Below are positions 18,869-28,413 of a stretch of 64,000 bases of DNA, one piece after another. The notes beneath the pieces are model-generated. The model did not search any database. It was not told the DNA's origin and worked only from the letters and a program-made list of their open reading frames with translations. Each line of letters opens with the position of its first letter. The first letter of the stretch is position 1. Origin of the DNA: a virus. A program made the position numbers and the translations under genes. The stretch is taken from the IMG/VR virus record IMGVR_UViG_3300044580_000126, positions 10,661-74,660 of that record; one strand, written 5' to 3'.

Positions 18869-21800
18869 TTGAGGGATATTAGTTTAATGTCATCTGATAA
18901 TAAGTTAACAATGCTTTGGCATAGTGTGGCTCCATGGGTTCCATGTTACACACCAGATACAGATGTTCTAACTAAAGATGGTTGGAAACCAATTACTGCT
19001 ATAACTAAAGAAGATTATATTCTAACATATAATAATGATACAAAATATATGGAATATAATAATCCAACAGATATTATAGTTAGAGATTATAATGGAAAAA
19101 TTATTAATGTTAAATCAAAATATGTTGATTTAAATGTAACTCCAAATCATAAAATGTTTGTTGGTAAAAGACAAAGGACTAATTTATTTGAATGGAAATT
19201 AGTTGAAGCAAAAGATGTTATCAATAAGCAATATAAAATAATGAAGACTGGAGCATTTAATGGAGAAGAAATTGAAACAGTAAAGATTGGAAATAAAGAT
19301 GTTGATATTACTGATTATTTAGAGTTTATGGGATATTATCTTAGCGAAGGATATGTAGATCATAATCCAGTAAATGGAAATTATACAGTTACAATTTGTC
19401 AAAACGAGCCATATATTGATAAAATGGCTAATGCATTAGATAAAGTTACAGATAATACAGTATTTATTGTTGATGAACGAAAAGCAATGGTGAGAGATAA
19501 AGCACTATGGGAATATCTTGTTGAATTTGGATATGCACACGAAAAGTATATTCCTAATAATATAAAACAATTAAATCCAAGACTTCTTAATATATTTATT
19601 AAAGCGTATGAACTTGGGGATGGATTAAAGAATTCTCATACAAGAAGGATATTTACATCTTCAGTTAAAATGCGGGATGATTTGCAAGAAATAATAATTA
19701 AAGCTGGATATGCAAGTGATTACTATATCCATGCAGATGTTGGAGAAGTTGGAAAGTTTGGGGAATCCAAATATATCAATTGGATGGTTTCTATAAATAA
19801 TAGAAGCAAACAAGCTACAACTCATAAAGGTTCGAAAAATGATACTATAATTGATTATAATGGGAAAGTGTATTGCGTAACTGTTCCAAACCATATATTA
19901 ATGGTTAGGAGAAATGGTAAATCTCTATTTTGTGGGAATAGTGGTTACGGCAGAGTTAGTAATCATATTCTTTCTAGGTTAGCAAAACACAATATCAAAA
20001 TTATAGAAAGTTGCTATTATGGATTAGAAACGGGTGGGCAACTTAATTATGCTGGATTTTATTGTTTACCATCTAAGGAGGGAAACTTTGGGATTAAATC
20101 TGCTATAGAACATGCTAAACGATTTAAAGTAGATATGGGGTGGCTTTTTACCGATTGGTGGGCGTTTTGTTTTAGTGAAGATACAGAAATATTGACTAAA
20201 GAAGGTTGGAAGCATTGTTGCGATATAAAAGATGATGAGGTTGTAGCAACATATAATATGAAAACTTCCACAATAGAATATCAGAAAATAAATAAGAAGT
20301 TTGTATTTGATGATGTAAATAGAGTCTATAATGTTAAAACAAAACAACTTGATGCTATGGTATCAGGGAATCATAATTTTATCTATAAAACAATGAATGG
20401 AATTAAGAATGGTAGTGATTGGAAGTTATCGCCAATTAGAGATATTTCTAACACAACAATGCGATACATTCCAGTATCAGGAAGTTTCAATGTAGATAAA
20501 GAGTTGAACTTATCTAATGAAATGGCATGGTTGCTAGGATTTATAATTGCAGATAGTAATTTTAGAAATTATGATACTATGGTGTATCAGAGTGTAGTTA
20601 ATGATGGAAAAATTAATAAACTAAAAAGCACTTTGAATGATCTAGGATTCACATATAAAGAATATTTGTGTGAAAATGATAAAGAAATCTATGAATATAA
20701 AACATCTCCATATTATCAATTTAGGATTCATGCTGAATGGACTAAAGAGATAATGAAGTATTTTGCTGATACTGAACTAAAACTTTTGTCGAATGATGTT
20801 ATTTACAATATGAATGATGAACAGTATAATAGTTTTATTAGTGGTGTCGTTGATGGGGATGGATGGGTAGAGAAATCAGGGGCTAAACAAATAGTTACTA
20901 AATCTGAAACATTCAGAGATATATTGCAAATTATGGCTATACTTCATAACCAACGTTGCACATATTATAAGAGGAAACACAATGACACCTATCAATTGAC
21001 ATTGACAAATAAAAATTATCTTACTTTTAAAGGGAAGATAAATTCTAATGAAGTGAGTTATAGTGGTAAAGTATGGTGCGTAAATACAGATAATGGAACT
21101 GTAATTGCAAGGAGAAATGGTAAACACTTTATAACTGGTAATTCGGAGTTTCCTAAAGAGATACCAAATGCTTGCTTATATGGACCAATGGATCACGAAA
21201 ATTATCCAGAAGAAATTATTAATTTTACAAAGATGTATTGGAAGATAGTATCCCTTTGTGATTTCCAGAAGAATATGATGAAAACTCAGATGGGTATTGA
21301 TTCGGTAGTTATTCCTCATGGAGTAGAAGTTAATCTATACAAACCTTTAGATAAATTACAGGTAAAGACAAACAATGGATTGAAAGATAAGTTTGTATTT
21401 GGAACTGTTAATGCTAATTGTTTTGATACAGATACAGAAATATTGACTAAAGAAGGATGGAAGAAGTATAATGAATTAACTGAAAATGATGAATATCTTA
21501 CTCTTGATGCTGATGGAGTAATGAGATACTATAAAGCAGATAGTGTAATGATACGAAATTATAAGGGTAAAATGTATAAATTGAAAACCAAATATTTTGA
21601 TATGTTGGTAACTCCAGAACATAAACTATATGTTAAGCATCTGATGAGATTTCCAAAATACTCTGATTTTGAGCAACGTATGGCTACTGATGTATTTGGT
21701 AAACGTGTAATGCATAAGAAAGATGGTGGTATATGGGAAGGTATTGAGCATACTGATTTTAATATTCCAGAATATCATAATGAATATCTTGGTGGAAAGA

Positions 21801-24406
21801 AACTTACACAACATAGGATTAAACACATTGATTCAAGAACAGTAAATATGGATGATTTCTTGCGGTTCGTTGGATATTATATATCTGAAGGGCATTGCAA
21901 AGATTGGCAAATTGACATTAGGCAATATGACTATATAGATGAAATGGAAAGCAATCTAAAGAGATTGCCTTTTAAGATAAATAGGTATAATGGAAGATTA
22001 GTTATATATGACGTTGGATTGCGAGATTGGGTTGTAAATAACATTGGTAATGACTCTCAAAATAAGCATATTCCATTAGAATTTATGAACCTATCAAATA
22101 GACAACTTTCGATACTATTAGAAGCAATTGCTTTAGGAGATGGATGGGAAACATCTTCATCGTTTGCTATTGGAACATCATCTAAACAATTGTCGGGGCA
22201 ACTTCAAGAAATTGCAATAAAACTTGGATTTTCAGCAGATGTTTCAGAAAAGATAGAACATAGCAAGAAGAGAGGATCATATTCATTCTATACTATTCAT
22301 TTCAATACAACAATTAAAGAAGTTCAAACAAGAGCATCAACTTTAAAATCTAAATCTAATAAAAATTATATTGAAGAGTGGATAGATTATGATGGCATAA
22401 TATGGGACATTGTTTCTGAACATTCTGTAGTTATGGTTAGGAGAAACGGTAAATCAAATTGGACTTGCCGAAGTGATAAGGAGATGGGAGGTGGAAGAAA
22501 ATCATGGGGAGTTATGTTTAAGGCAATGAGATATTTCCTTGATGAAAATCCAGATGTAAGGAAAGATGATATCATATGGTTATGCCATACTGACCCAACT
22601 GACCCTAGAGGATTGCCACTTATTAGCATGATGCATAAGAATGGTTTGGATGGGATTGTTAAATTCTCAAGTCCTGAAATGCATAGAATTGGATTGAGTG
22701 ATGCACAAATGGTAGAATTATATAATTCTATGGATGTTTTTATTGGAACATCTAAGAGGGAAGGATTTGGAATGTGTGTAGATGAAAATACACTTATAGA
22801 AACTATTAGTGGTGTCAAACCAATTAAGTGCATTGAAGCAGGAGATTTCGTATTAACTTCTTCTGGAAAATTTGAAAAAGTAGTTGCTAAGAAAGATAGG
22901 AAAACAGATGGATATATTGTAAAGCCAATGGGGTTACCAGAAGTAATAACATCTAAAGAACATAAATACTATATCAATAGAAATGGATTGTTTATGTGGG
23001 CTAATGCAGAAGAATTAGAATTATCAGATTATTTAGTATGCCCTATTCCAGTATTTAATAAACAATTGCAAAATAAAATTGATATCGTTGATATATTCCC
23101 ATCTTTGGAGCATGATGATAATTATGTGTGGAGTAAACATTCATTTGAAACCACAAATGGATATTATGCTCAAATGAAATCACTTGGGTATAATAAACGA
23201 ACAGCAGAAACAATATTAAAATATCTTAGAAATACATCACTTATTCCAGCAAGAAAAAGGATTAAACGAATATTGTCAGATGTTACTGGAAAAATTGAAA
23301 TGCCAATAAATAAAAAATACAATAGATATGTTGAACTTACAGATTCAATGTTAGAACTATTTGGTTGGTATATTGCTAAAGGTAGTATTTCAAATGCAAT
23401 GGAACTATCTATGGGGGCAAAGGATAAATCATTGTTTAACTGCATGGATACACTTCATACTCTTGGAAATGTAACAGAACTTTCTAAAGATGATAGCTGG
23501 AGAGTATGTCTTAGTGGAATTTGTAAAGGAATATTTAGGGACTTTGGAACATCATCTAAGACTAAACATATCCCTAATTGGATATATGGAACAAACAAAT
23601 GTAATCCGTTGATTAGGGGCATGTTGCTCGGAGATGGTCATTCTTCTAATGGAACAATAATATATACAACTAAATCTGAAATACTTGCATATCAATTACG
23701 ACAAATACTATTGTCTAATAAAATAAATTCATCTATTAGAATAGATAAAAGAACATCTTGTTATATAGTTTCAGTATATGGAGAAAATGCAATTCTACTA
23801 TCGAACATTTTAAACCTTGGTGGATGGTTTAAAGAATGTAAGAATATAAATAGACAAAAAACAAATAAAACAAAAATAATAGACAATTATATTCTATTGC
23901 CAATACGTAGTATTACTTATGATGAATATGATAGACAAATGTATGATATTCAAGTAGAGAATGATGAAACATTTGTTGGCAATGGAGTATTGTTACATAA
24001 TACGTTCATAGAAGCTCAAGCGTGTGGTGTTCCTTGCATTGGGCACGACTTTTCTTCATTGACAGAGCTTATTAAGGGGCATGGGTGGTTAGCTAAGTCA
24101 AGTTCAGAAAGATTGCTGGAGTATCTGAAGAAGGATAAAGTTGTAAAGCCAACTGTTAAAGACTATAATACAGAAACTACTCCTATACTTGCAGAAACAG
24201 CTATTCCAGATGTATATTCTGTAGCAGATTGCATAAAAGATGCGTATTTCAAGGATAAGAAACGTGAGATGTATGGTAAAAATGCTAGAACATTTGCATT
24301 GGATTATGATTGGGATAAACTAATAGAAACTAAATGGATACCATATCTTGATGAGATTGTAGAGGAACTTAAGCCAAAGAAAGCAGAAGATAGGAGAATT
24401 GATTAA
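18869..24406 (+). CDS. GT-B (GT4-like) glycosyltransferase with four inteins (mature protein about 425 aa)
   Basis: Extein motifs APWVP|SGYGR, VIPHGV, FGTVNAN|SDKE...RK, SKREGFGM|TFIEAQACGVP, YDWD. Confidence 0.92.
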   Translation: MRDISLMSSDNKLTMLWHSVAPWVPCYTPDTDVLTKDGWKPITAITKEDYILTYNNDTKYMEYNNPTDIIVRDYNGKIINVKSKYVDLNVTPNHKMFVGKRQRTNLFEWKLVEAKDVINKQYKIMKTGAFNGEEIETVKIGNKDVDITDYLEFMGYYLSEGYVDHNPVNGNYTVTICQNEPYIDKMANALDKVTDNTVFIVDERKAMVRDKALWEYLVEFGYAHEKYIPNNIKQLNPRLLNIFIKAYELGDGLKNSHTRRIFTSSVKMRDDLQEIIIKAGYASDYYIHADVGEVGKFGESKYINWMVSINNRSKQATTHKGSKNDTIIDYNGKVYCVTVPNHILMVRRNGKSLFCGNSGYGRVSNHILSRLAKHNIKIIESCYYGLETGGQLNYAGFYCLPSKEGNFGIKSAIEHAKRFKVDMGWLFTDWWAFCFSEDTEILTKEGWKHCCDIKDDEVVATYNMKTSTIEYQKINKKFVFDDVNRVYNVKTKQLDAMVSGNHNFIYKTMNGIKNGSDWKLSPIRDISNTTMRYIPVSGSFNVDKELNLSNEMAWLLGFIIADSNFRNYDTMVYQSVVNDGKINKLKSTLNDLGFTYKEYLCENDKEIYEYKTSPYYQFRIHAEWTKEIMKYFADTELKLLSNDVIYNMNDEQYNSFISGVVDGDGWVEKSGAKQIVTKSETFRDILQIMAILHNQRCTYYKRKHNDTYQLTLTNKNYLTFKGKINSNEVSYSGKVWCVNTDNGTVIARRNGKHFITGNSEFPKEIPNACLYGPMDHENYPEEIINFTKMYWKIVSLCDFQKNMMKTQMGIDSVVIPHGVEVNLYKPLDKLQVKTNNGLKDKFVFGTVNANCFDTDTEILTKEGWKKYNELTENDEYLTLDADGVMRYYKADSVMIRNYKGKMYKLKTKYFDMLVTPEHKLYVKHLMRFPKYSDFEQRMATDVFGKRVMHKKDGGIWEGIEHTDFNIPEYHNEYLGGKKLTQHRIKHIDSRTVNMDDFLRFVGYYISEGHCKDWQIDIRQYDYIDEMESNLKRLPFKINRYNGRLVIYDVGLRDWVVNNIGNDSQNKHIPLEFMNLSNRQLSILLEAIALGDGWETSSSFAIGTSSKQLSGQLQEIAIKLGFSADVSEKIEHSKKRGSYSFYTIHFNTTIKEVQTRASTLKSKSNKNYIEEWIDYDGIIWDIVSEHSVVMVRRNGKSNWTCRSDKEMGGGRKSWGVMFKAMRYFLDENPDVRKDDIIWLCHTDPTDPRGLPLISMMHKNGLDGIVKFSSPEMHRIGLSDAQMVELYNSMDVFIGTSKREGFGMCVDENTLIETISGVKPIKCIEAGDFVLTSSGKFEKVVAKKDRKTDGYIVKPMGLPEVITSKEHKYYINRNGLFMWANAEELELSDYLVCPIPVFNKQLQNKIDIVDIFPSLEHDDNYVWSKHSFETTNGYYAQMKSLGYNKRTAETILKYLRNTSLIPARKRIKRILSDVTGKIEMPINKKYNRYVELTDSMLELFGWYIAKGSISNAMELSMGAKDKSLFNCMDTLHTLGNVTELSKDDSWRVCLSGICKGIFRDFGTSSKTKHIPNWIYGTNKCNPLIRGMLLGDGHSSNGTIIYTTKSEILAYQLRQILLSNKINSSIRIDKRTSCYIVSVYGENAILLSNILNLGGWFKECKNINRQKTNKTKIIDNYILLPIRSITYDEYDRQMYDIQVENDETFVGNGVLLHNTFIEAQACGVPCIGHDFSSLTELIKGHGWLAKSSSERLLEYLKKDKVVKPTVKDYNTETTPILAETAIPDVYSVADCIKDAYFKDKKREMYGKNARTFALDYDWDKLIETKWIPYLDEIVEELKPKKAEDRRID
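18944..19939 (+). mobile_element. GT intein 1, LAGLIDADG (332 aa)
   Basis: CYTPDT...VTPNH...GYYLSEG...LGDG...FCGN|S. Confidence 0.92.
20168..21142 (+). mobile_element. GT intein 2, LAGLIDADG (325 aa)
   Basis: CFSEDT...LLGFIIADS...GVVDGDG...ITGN|S. Confidence 0.92.
21419..22471 (+). mobile_element. GT intein 3, LAGLIDADG (351 aa), atypical C-terminal Arg
   Basis: CFDTDT...VTPEH...GYYISEG...LGDG...RRNGKSNWTCR|S. Confidence 0.88.
22775..24001 (+). mobile_element. GT intein 4 (409 aa); first LAGLIDADG motif degenerate
   Basis: CVDENT...TSKEH...GWYIAKG...MLLGDG...YDIQV...LLHN|T. Confidence 0.92.
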
Positions 24407-25238
24407 AATGGTATCAAAGATATTTATTGGAATCCCTGTAAAAAATGCAAATACTTGGATTGATAGGTGGTGGACTGAATTTAAGAACATCACTTATCCA
24501 AAAGATGCAATTAGGATTGTATTCCTATATGGGAATTCAAATGATGGCACACTTGATAAGTTAAAATCAATGAAAAGTGAACATATCTTTAACATTGAAA
24601 TCTATAAGGAACCTGTAGATAACGGAATAAGAATTGGTGGAATTCAATTAGGAAGTGCCATATACAAAGATTTCCAGCAATTGATGAAAGACGAAGATTA
24701 TTTTATGCTAATGGATTGCGATCTAATAAAGTTTCCACCAAACCTTATAGAGCAATTAATTGAAGTAGATGCCGATATAGTTGCACCATATCCTTACAGT
24801 GAAGGTAAACGACACTTTTATGATACATGGATATTTAGAGTCAATAATGTTAGGTTTCATCCATTTGATGTACCTGCTGTCAATAGTAAGAATCCTGTAA
24901 TAGTTGATTCCGTTGGAACTTGTTTCTTAGCAAAGAAAGCAGTCTTTGTTTCAACTGAAATAGTAAATCCATACCCAAATCTCACATTCTGCTTAAATGC
25001 TAAAGCAAATGGGGCTATAATAGTAGCTTGTCCGTTTATAGAAGTTTATCATATAGATTTGGAAAAAATGGGTATATTTCATAATCCATTGCCACAAGAA
25101 GCAGGGCTATATCCAGCACAAGGGTGGATTACATCTAAAAATAAGTTAGATGAATATATTAAAAATAAAATTACATTAGAAGATATGACTAAGCAAACAC
25201 AATTTATAACTAATAAAATATTGGATGGCAAAATGTAA
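24399..25238 (+). CDS. GT-A (GT2/Anp1-like) glycosyltransferase
   Basis: IFIGIPVKN, SNDGT, DxD-like MDCD, DIVAP, FYDTW, VDSVGTCFL. Confidence 0.85.
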   Translation: MIKMVSKIFIGIPVKNANTWIDRWWTEFKNITYPKDAIRIVFLYGNSNDGTLDKLKSMKSEHIFNIEIYKEPVDNGIRIGGIQLGSAIYKDFQQLMKDEDYFMLMDCDLIKFPPNLIEQLIEVDADIVAPYPYSEGKRHFYDTWIFRVNNVRFHPFDVPAVNSKNPVIVDSVGTCFLAKKAVFVSTEIVNPYPNLTFCLNAKANGAIIVACPFIEVYHIDLEKMGIFHNPLPQEAGLYPAQGWITSKNKLDEYIKNKITLEDMTKQTQFITNKILDGKM

Positions 25239-25600
25239 TGTTGACTAAAAAAGTTAATATTAAAGACAGTAACAACTCTGATTTTATAACAGTTGGAGAT
25301 TTTGTTTTGCTGTTAAAATATATGGGTTCTATTACTTATCCAATAATAGTTAAAATTGATTTGATAACATCATGCACAACATCATATCCAGATGTAGAAA
25401 CATATACTTCTTATAATGGAACAGTAATATTTGAAAAAAATAATAAAATTATATTTAGCAATTCGGATAAATTTATAAAATTAAAAACATATAAACAATA
25501 TATAGACGCATATAAGAAATGTAATATATTTTATGATTATTATGAAAAAATGATAAATATTACCGATAACTTTTATCGTATAGCGTATGGGGAAAGTTAA
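25238..25600 (+). CDS. Hypothetical protein
   Basis: Very AT-rich ORF translationally coupled to its neighbours. Confidence 0.5.
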   Translation: MLTKKVNIKDSNNSDFITVGDFVLLLKYMGSITYPIIVKIDLITSCTTSYPDVETYTSYNGTVIFEKNNKIIFSNSDKFIKLKTYKQYIDAYKKCNIFYDYYEKMINITDNFYRIAYGES

Positions 25601-26777
25601 AATGCCAATTCCAGATGTAATTGATTTTGAAATGAGGGGAGGGAATAATCCCAATTCAGAAATGAATACCATAGAGAGGAAGATAGCAGAAGATGCATAT
25701 AACAGAGTAAACAGTATTGTTGCGTGGCAAGAGTTGGGTTATAAACGGGCATATAATTTTTTGCATATGTTAACGTTCTATATGGCAAGAAATCCATTTA
25801 TTATAAAATTGATGCAACAAACACAACCGTATCCTGAATATATAGAAATGGAAATGACCCAGTGGATATGCCCCATCAGATGCCTCATGTGCGAAATATC
25901 ATATGATAAGAAGGAAAAACCAATTCACTTGTCTTTTGAAGATTTTAAATATGCTATGGATCAATTTCCAAATCTTAAATGGGCTGGAAACAATGCACTT
26001 GGCGACCCATTTACGAATAAGGATTGTTGGAAAATATGGAAGTATCTGGATGATAAAGGAGTAGTTCAAGAATTATATCTAACATCACAATTGCTTAAAG
26101 AGAAAGATATGGAACGATTTACTGAGATGAAAGGGCTTGTATGGATAAAGTTCTCTATGGATGCGTGCACAAAGGAAACATATGAGAAGATACGGGTTGG
26201 GGCTAATTTTGACCAGATAGTTAAGAATATTAAAGCTCTTGATAATTATAAGAGAAAGCATGGGAAGCATTTTCCAGAAATTCATTTCCATTTTATAGTT
26301 ATGAAAGACAATATCCATGAGGTATTGCCGTTTATTGACTTTGTTAATGATTTGGGTATTAGATGTAGTGGAATTACGTTTTCAAGATTATTGCATAACT
26401 TCAAGGAAATAAATGATTTATTTGTTGAAATTCCAGAAGCACTTTGTAAACAAGCTGAATTGAGAGGGAAAGAGTTAGAGATACCAGTTACGTTTAATGC
26501 AGATGTTAATTGTAAAGCACCTGCAAGTGAATGTATGGCTTGGTCTATGCCTTATATATTTCCAGATGGAACGGTCATAAATTGTTGTGCTCAAAATGAG
26601 CAGAATAGACGATGGTGGCAACGAGAAACATCTATGGGAAATATCTTTAAAACGCCATTTAGAGAAATATGGAATAGACCAAAATATAAACAGTTGAGAA
26701 CATTCTTGGCGCAAGGGAAAATAAAACAAGCTCATCCAACATGTAATATTTGCAATATATATGATAAGGATAAGTGA
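25587..26777 (+). CDS. Radical SAM/SPASM (Twitch) domain protein
   Basis: CPIRCLMC, LGDPF, FSMDACTKETYEKIR; C-terminal C...PDGTVINCC...MGNI...CNIC. Confidence 0.9.
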   Translation: MGKVKMPIPDVIDFEMRGGNNPNSEMNTIERKIAEDAYNRVNSIVAWQELGYKRAYNFLHMLTFYMARNPFIIKLMQQTQPYPEYIEMEMTQWICPIRCLMCEISYDKKEKPIHLSFEDFKYAMDQFPNLKWAGNNALGDPFTNKDCWKIWKYLDDKGVVQELYLTSQLLKEKDMERFTEMKGLVWIKFSMDACTKETYEKIRVGANFDQIVKNIKALDNYKRKHGKHFPEIHFHFIVMKDNIHEVLPFIDFVNDLGIRCSGITFSRLLHNFKEINDLFVEIPEALCKQAELRGKELEIPVTFNADVNCKAPASECMAWSMPYIFPDGTVINCCAQNEQNRRWWQRETSMGNIFKTPFREIWNRPKYKQLRTFLAQGKIKQAHPTCNICNIYDKDK

Positions 26778-26783
26778 TAAATA

Positions 26784-28232
26784 ATGTTAACTTCGTTGAT
26801 ATTGATTGTAAATAAAAATAGCTATAATCTGTTATCTGCTATTAAACAGCTTCAAGAAATGTCAAAACATATAGAAGTAGAAATAATTTTTGCAACAACT
26901 CAAGATGTATCTGAAAAAAATATTTTGTTAATAAAAGAATCAAAACTAAAGTATAAACTAATATCTTTTAACGATACAAATAAAAGTATATTATATAATT
27001 TTAAGTTTTGGGACTTTATAAAATTAATATCATCAGGTTCACACATTATTGTTGTTCATTCTGATGTATTATTGTTGAATTTCGATATATCTTTATTACA
27101 TTCATATGCACCATGTATATTCTCACCTTCACAAACATCAAATGATATTGATGGTATATTGGTGAATTCGATAGATTTATTGAGTATTGATAGAGATATG
27201 CCATTAAAGAATATTCAATTTAAAAGAGTTAATGTTCCAATGTTTAATAAGATGCCACCATATCCATCATTGTTATTCTTAGAAATAACTAAGAAATATA
27301 ATTTGGATTGCGAGTATTGTAGAAGGAAAGAAATGACAATTGAAGAAAAACAACAAGAGATGCCATATGAAAAAATTGTAGAAACTTTAGATAAGTTTAA
27401 CGGTGTTTCTGAATTAAATATAATAGGAAACGGTGAACCATTCCTTCATTCAGATTGGGATAAAATAGTAAAATTAATTGATGATAGAAATCTTAATTTA
27501 ATGTTTACAACAAATGGAACAATGCTAACAAAAGAAAATGTATCTGCATTGCCTCAAGGAACAAATATGTTTATTAGCTTAGATATTAATCATTGTAAAA
27601 CAATTGAAATGTGGAATAAGATAGAATCTAATATTAAAATGGTGCGAGAAGTTAGACCAAATATGCATGTTGTGATTCAACCAGTAGTTACTAAGGAATT
27701 CAAAAAATATATCAATAGATATGTAGAATTGTGTCTAAAATATAATATGAAGTTATCGCCAATATTACCAATAACATATACTAAAGAATTGTATGATTCT
27801 TTATATCCATCAATAATGGAGAAGAATGAAATATCATCAATGCTTAGTAAGTATCCTTTTGTAATTAAATCTATAGAAGCATTTCCAAAATTAAGATTTT
27901 GCCAATATCCATTTACAACTGCATTTGTTACTGTTGATGGAGATGTTTTTCCATGTTGTTATTTGTATTCAGCACGAAATAGCAAGCAAACAAATAACTT
28001 CAGAGAATACTTTGATGATAAAGACGTTTGTATATATCAAACTCCGTATATGCTTGGAAATATATTCAAAGATTCATTAGATAGTATTTTAACAAATGAT
28101 AAGCTTTTGAAAACAAGAAAAATAGTAATTACTACATCTGAAGATGATTTTAAAACAAGAGAACATAATAAAACATATGTTACCAATGATTATTGTAAAG
28201 TTTGTATGAATAGATGGGGAATGGCGTGTTAA
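26784..28232 (+). CDS. GT-A-like N-terminus fused to radical SAM/SPASM domain (first Cys replaced by Tyr)
   Basis: EITKKYNLDCEYC, GNGEPFLH, TTNGTML, CQYPF...DGDVFPCC...CKVC. Confidence 0.82.
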   Translation: MLTSLILIVNKNSYNLLSAIKQLQEMSKHIEVEIIFATTQDVSEKNILLIKESKLKYKLISFNDTNKSILYNFKFWDFIKLISSGSHIIVVHSDVLLLNFDISLLHSYAPCIFSPSQTSNDIDGILVNSIDLLSIDRDMPLKNIQFKRVNVPMFNKMPPYPSLLFLEITKKYNLDCEYCRRKEMTIEEKQQEMPYEKIVETLDKFNGVSELNIIGNGEPFLHSDWDKIVKLIDDRNLNLMFTTNGTMLTKENVSALPQGTNMFISLDINHCKTIEMWNKIESNIKMVREVRPNMHVVIQPVVTKEFKKYINRYVELCLKYNMKLSPILPITYTKELYDSLYPSIMEKNEISSMLSKYPFVIKSIEAFPKLRFCQYPFTTAFVTVDGDVFPCCYLYSARNSKQTNNFREYFDDKDVCIYQTPYMLGNIFKDSLDSILTNDKLLKTRKIVITTSEDDFKTREHNKTYVTNDYCKVCMNRWGMAC

Positions 28233-28250
28233 ATAATAGGTGATTAAAAA

Positions 28251-28403
28251 ATGAATTGCCCAAATTGTAAAAATAATGCATCTCAAGTAAATTCTAAACC
28301 ACGAATGTTTATTGAAGCAAAAGACGAAAATGCAAAAGACTTAGCAATAAAACTTTTAGATGAATATAAGTGTAATAGTTGTGGTCAAATATTTTTTATT
28401 TAG
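28251..28403 (+). CDS. Small Zn-ribbon protein (50 aa, below the ORF-track cutoff)
   Basis: MNCPNC...YKCNSCG; AGGTGAT RBS. Confidence 0.7.
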   Translation: MNCPNCKNNASQVNSKPRMFIEAKDENAKDLAIKLLDEYKCNSCGQIFFI

Positions 28404-28413
28404 GTGATATAAA

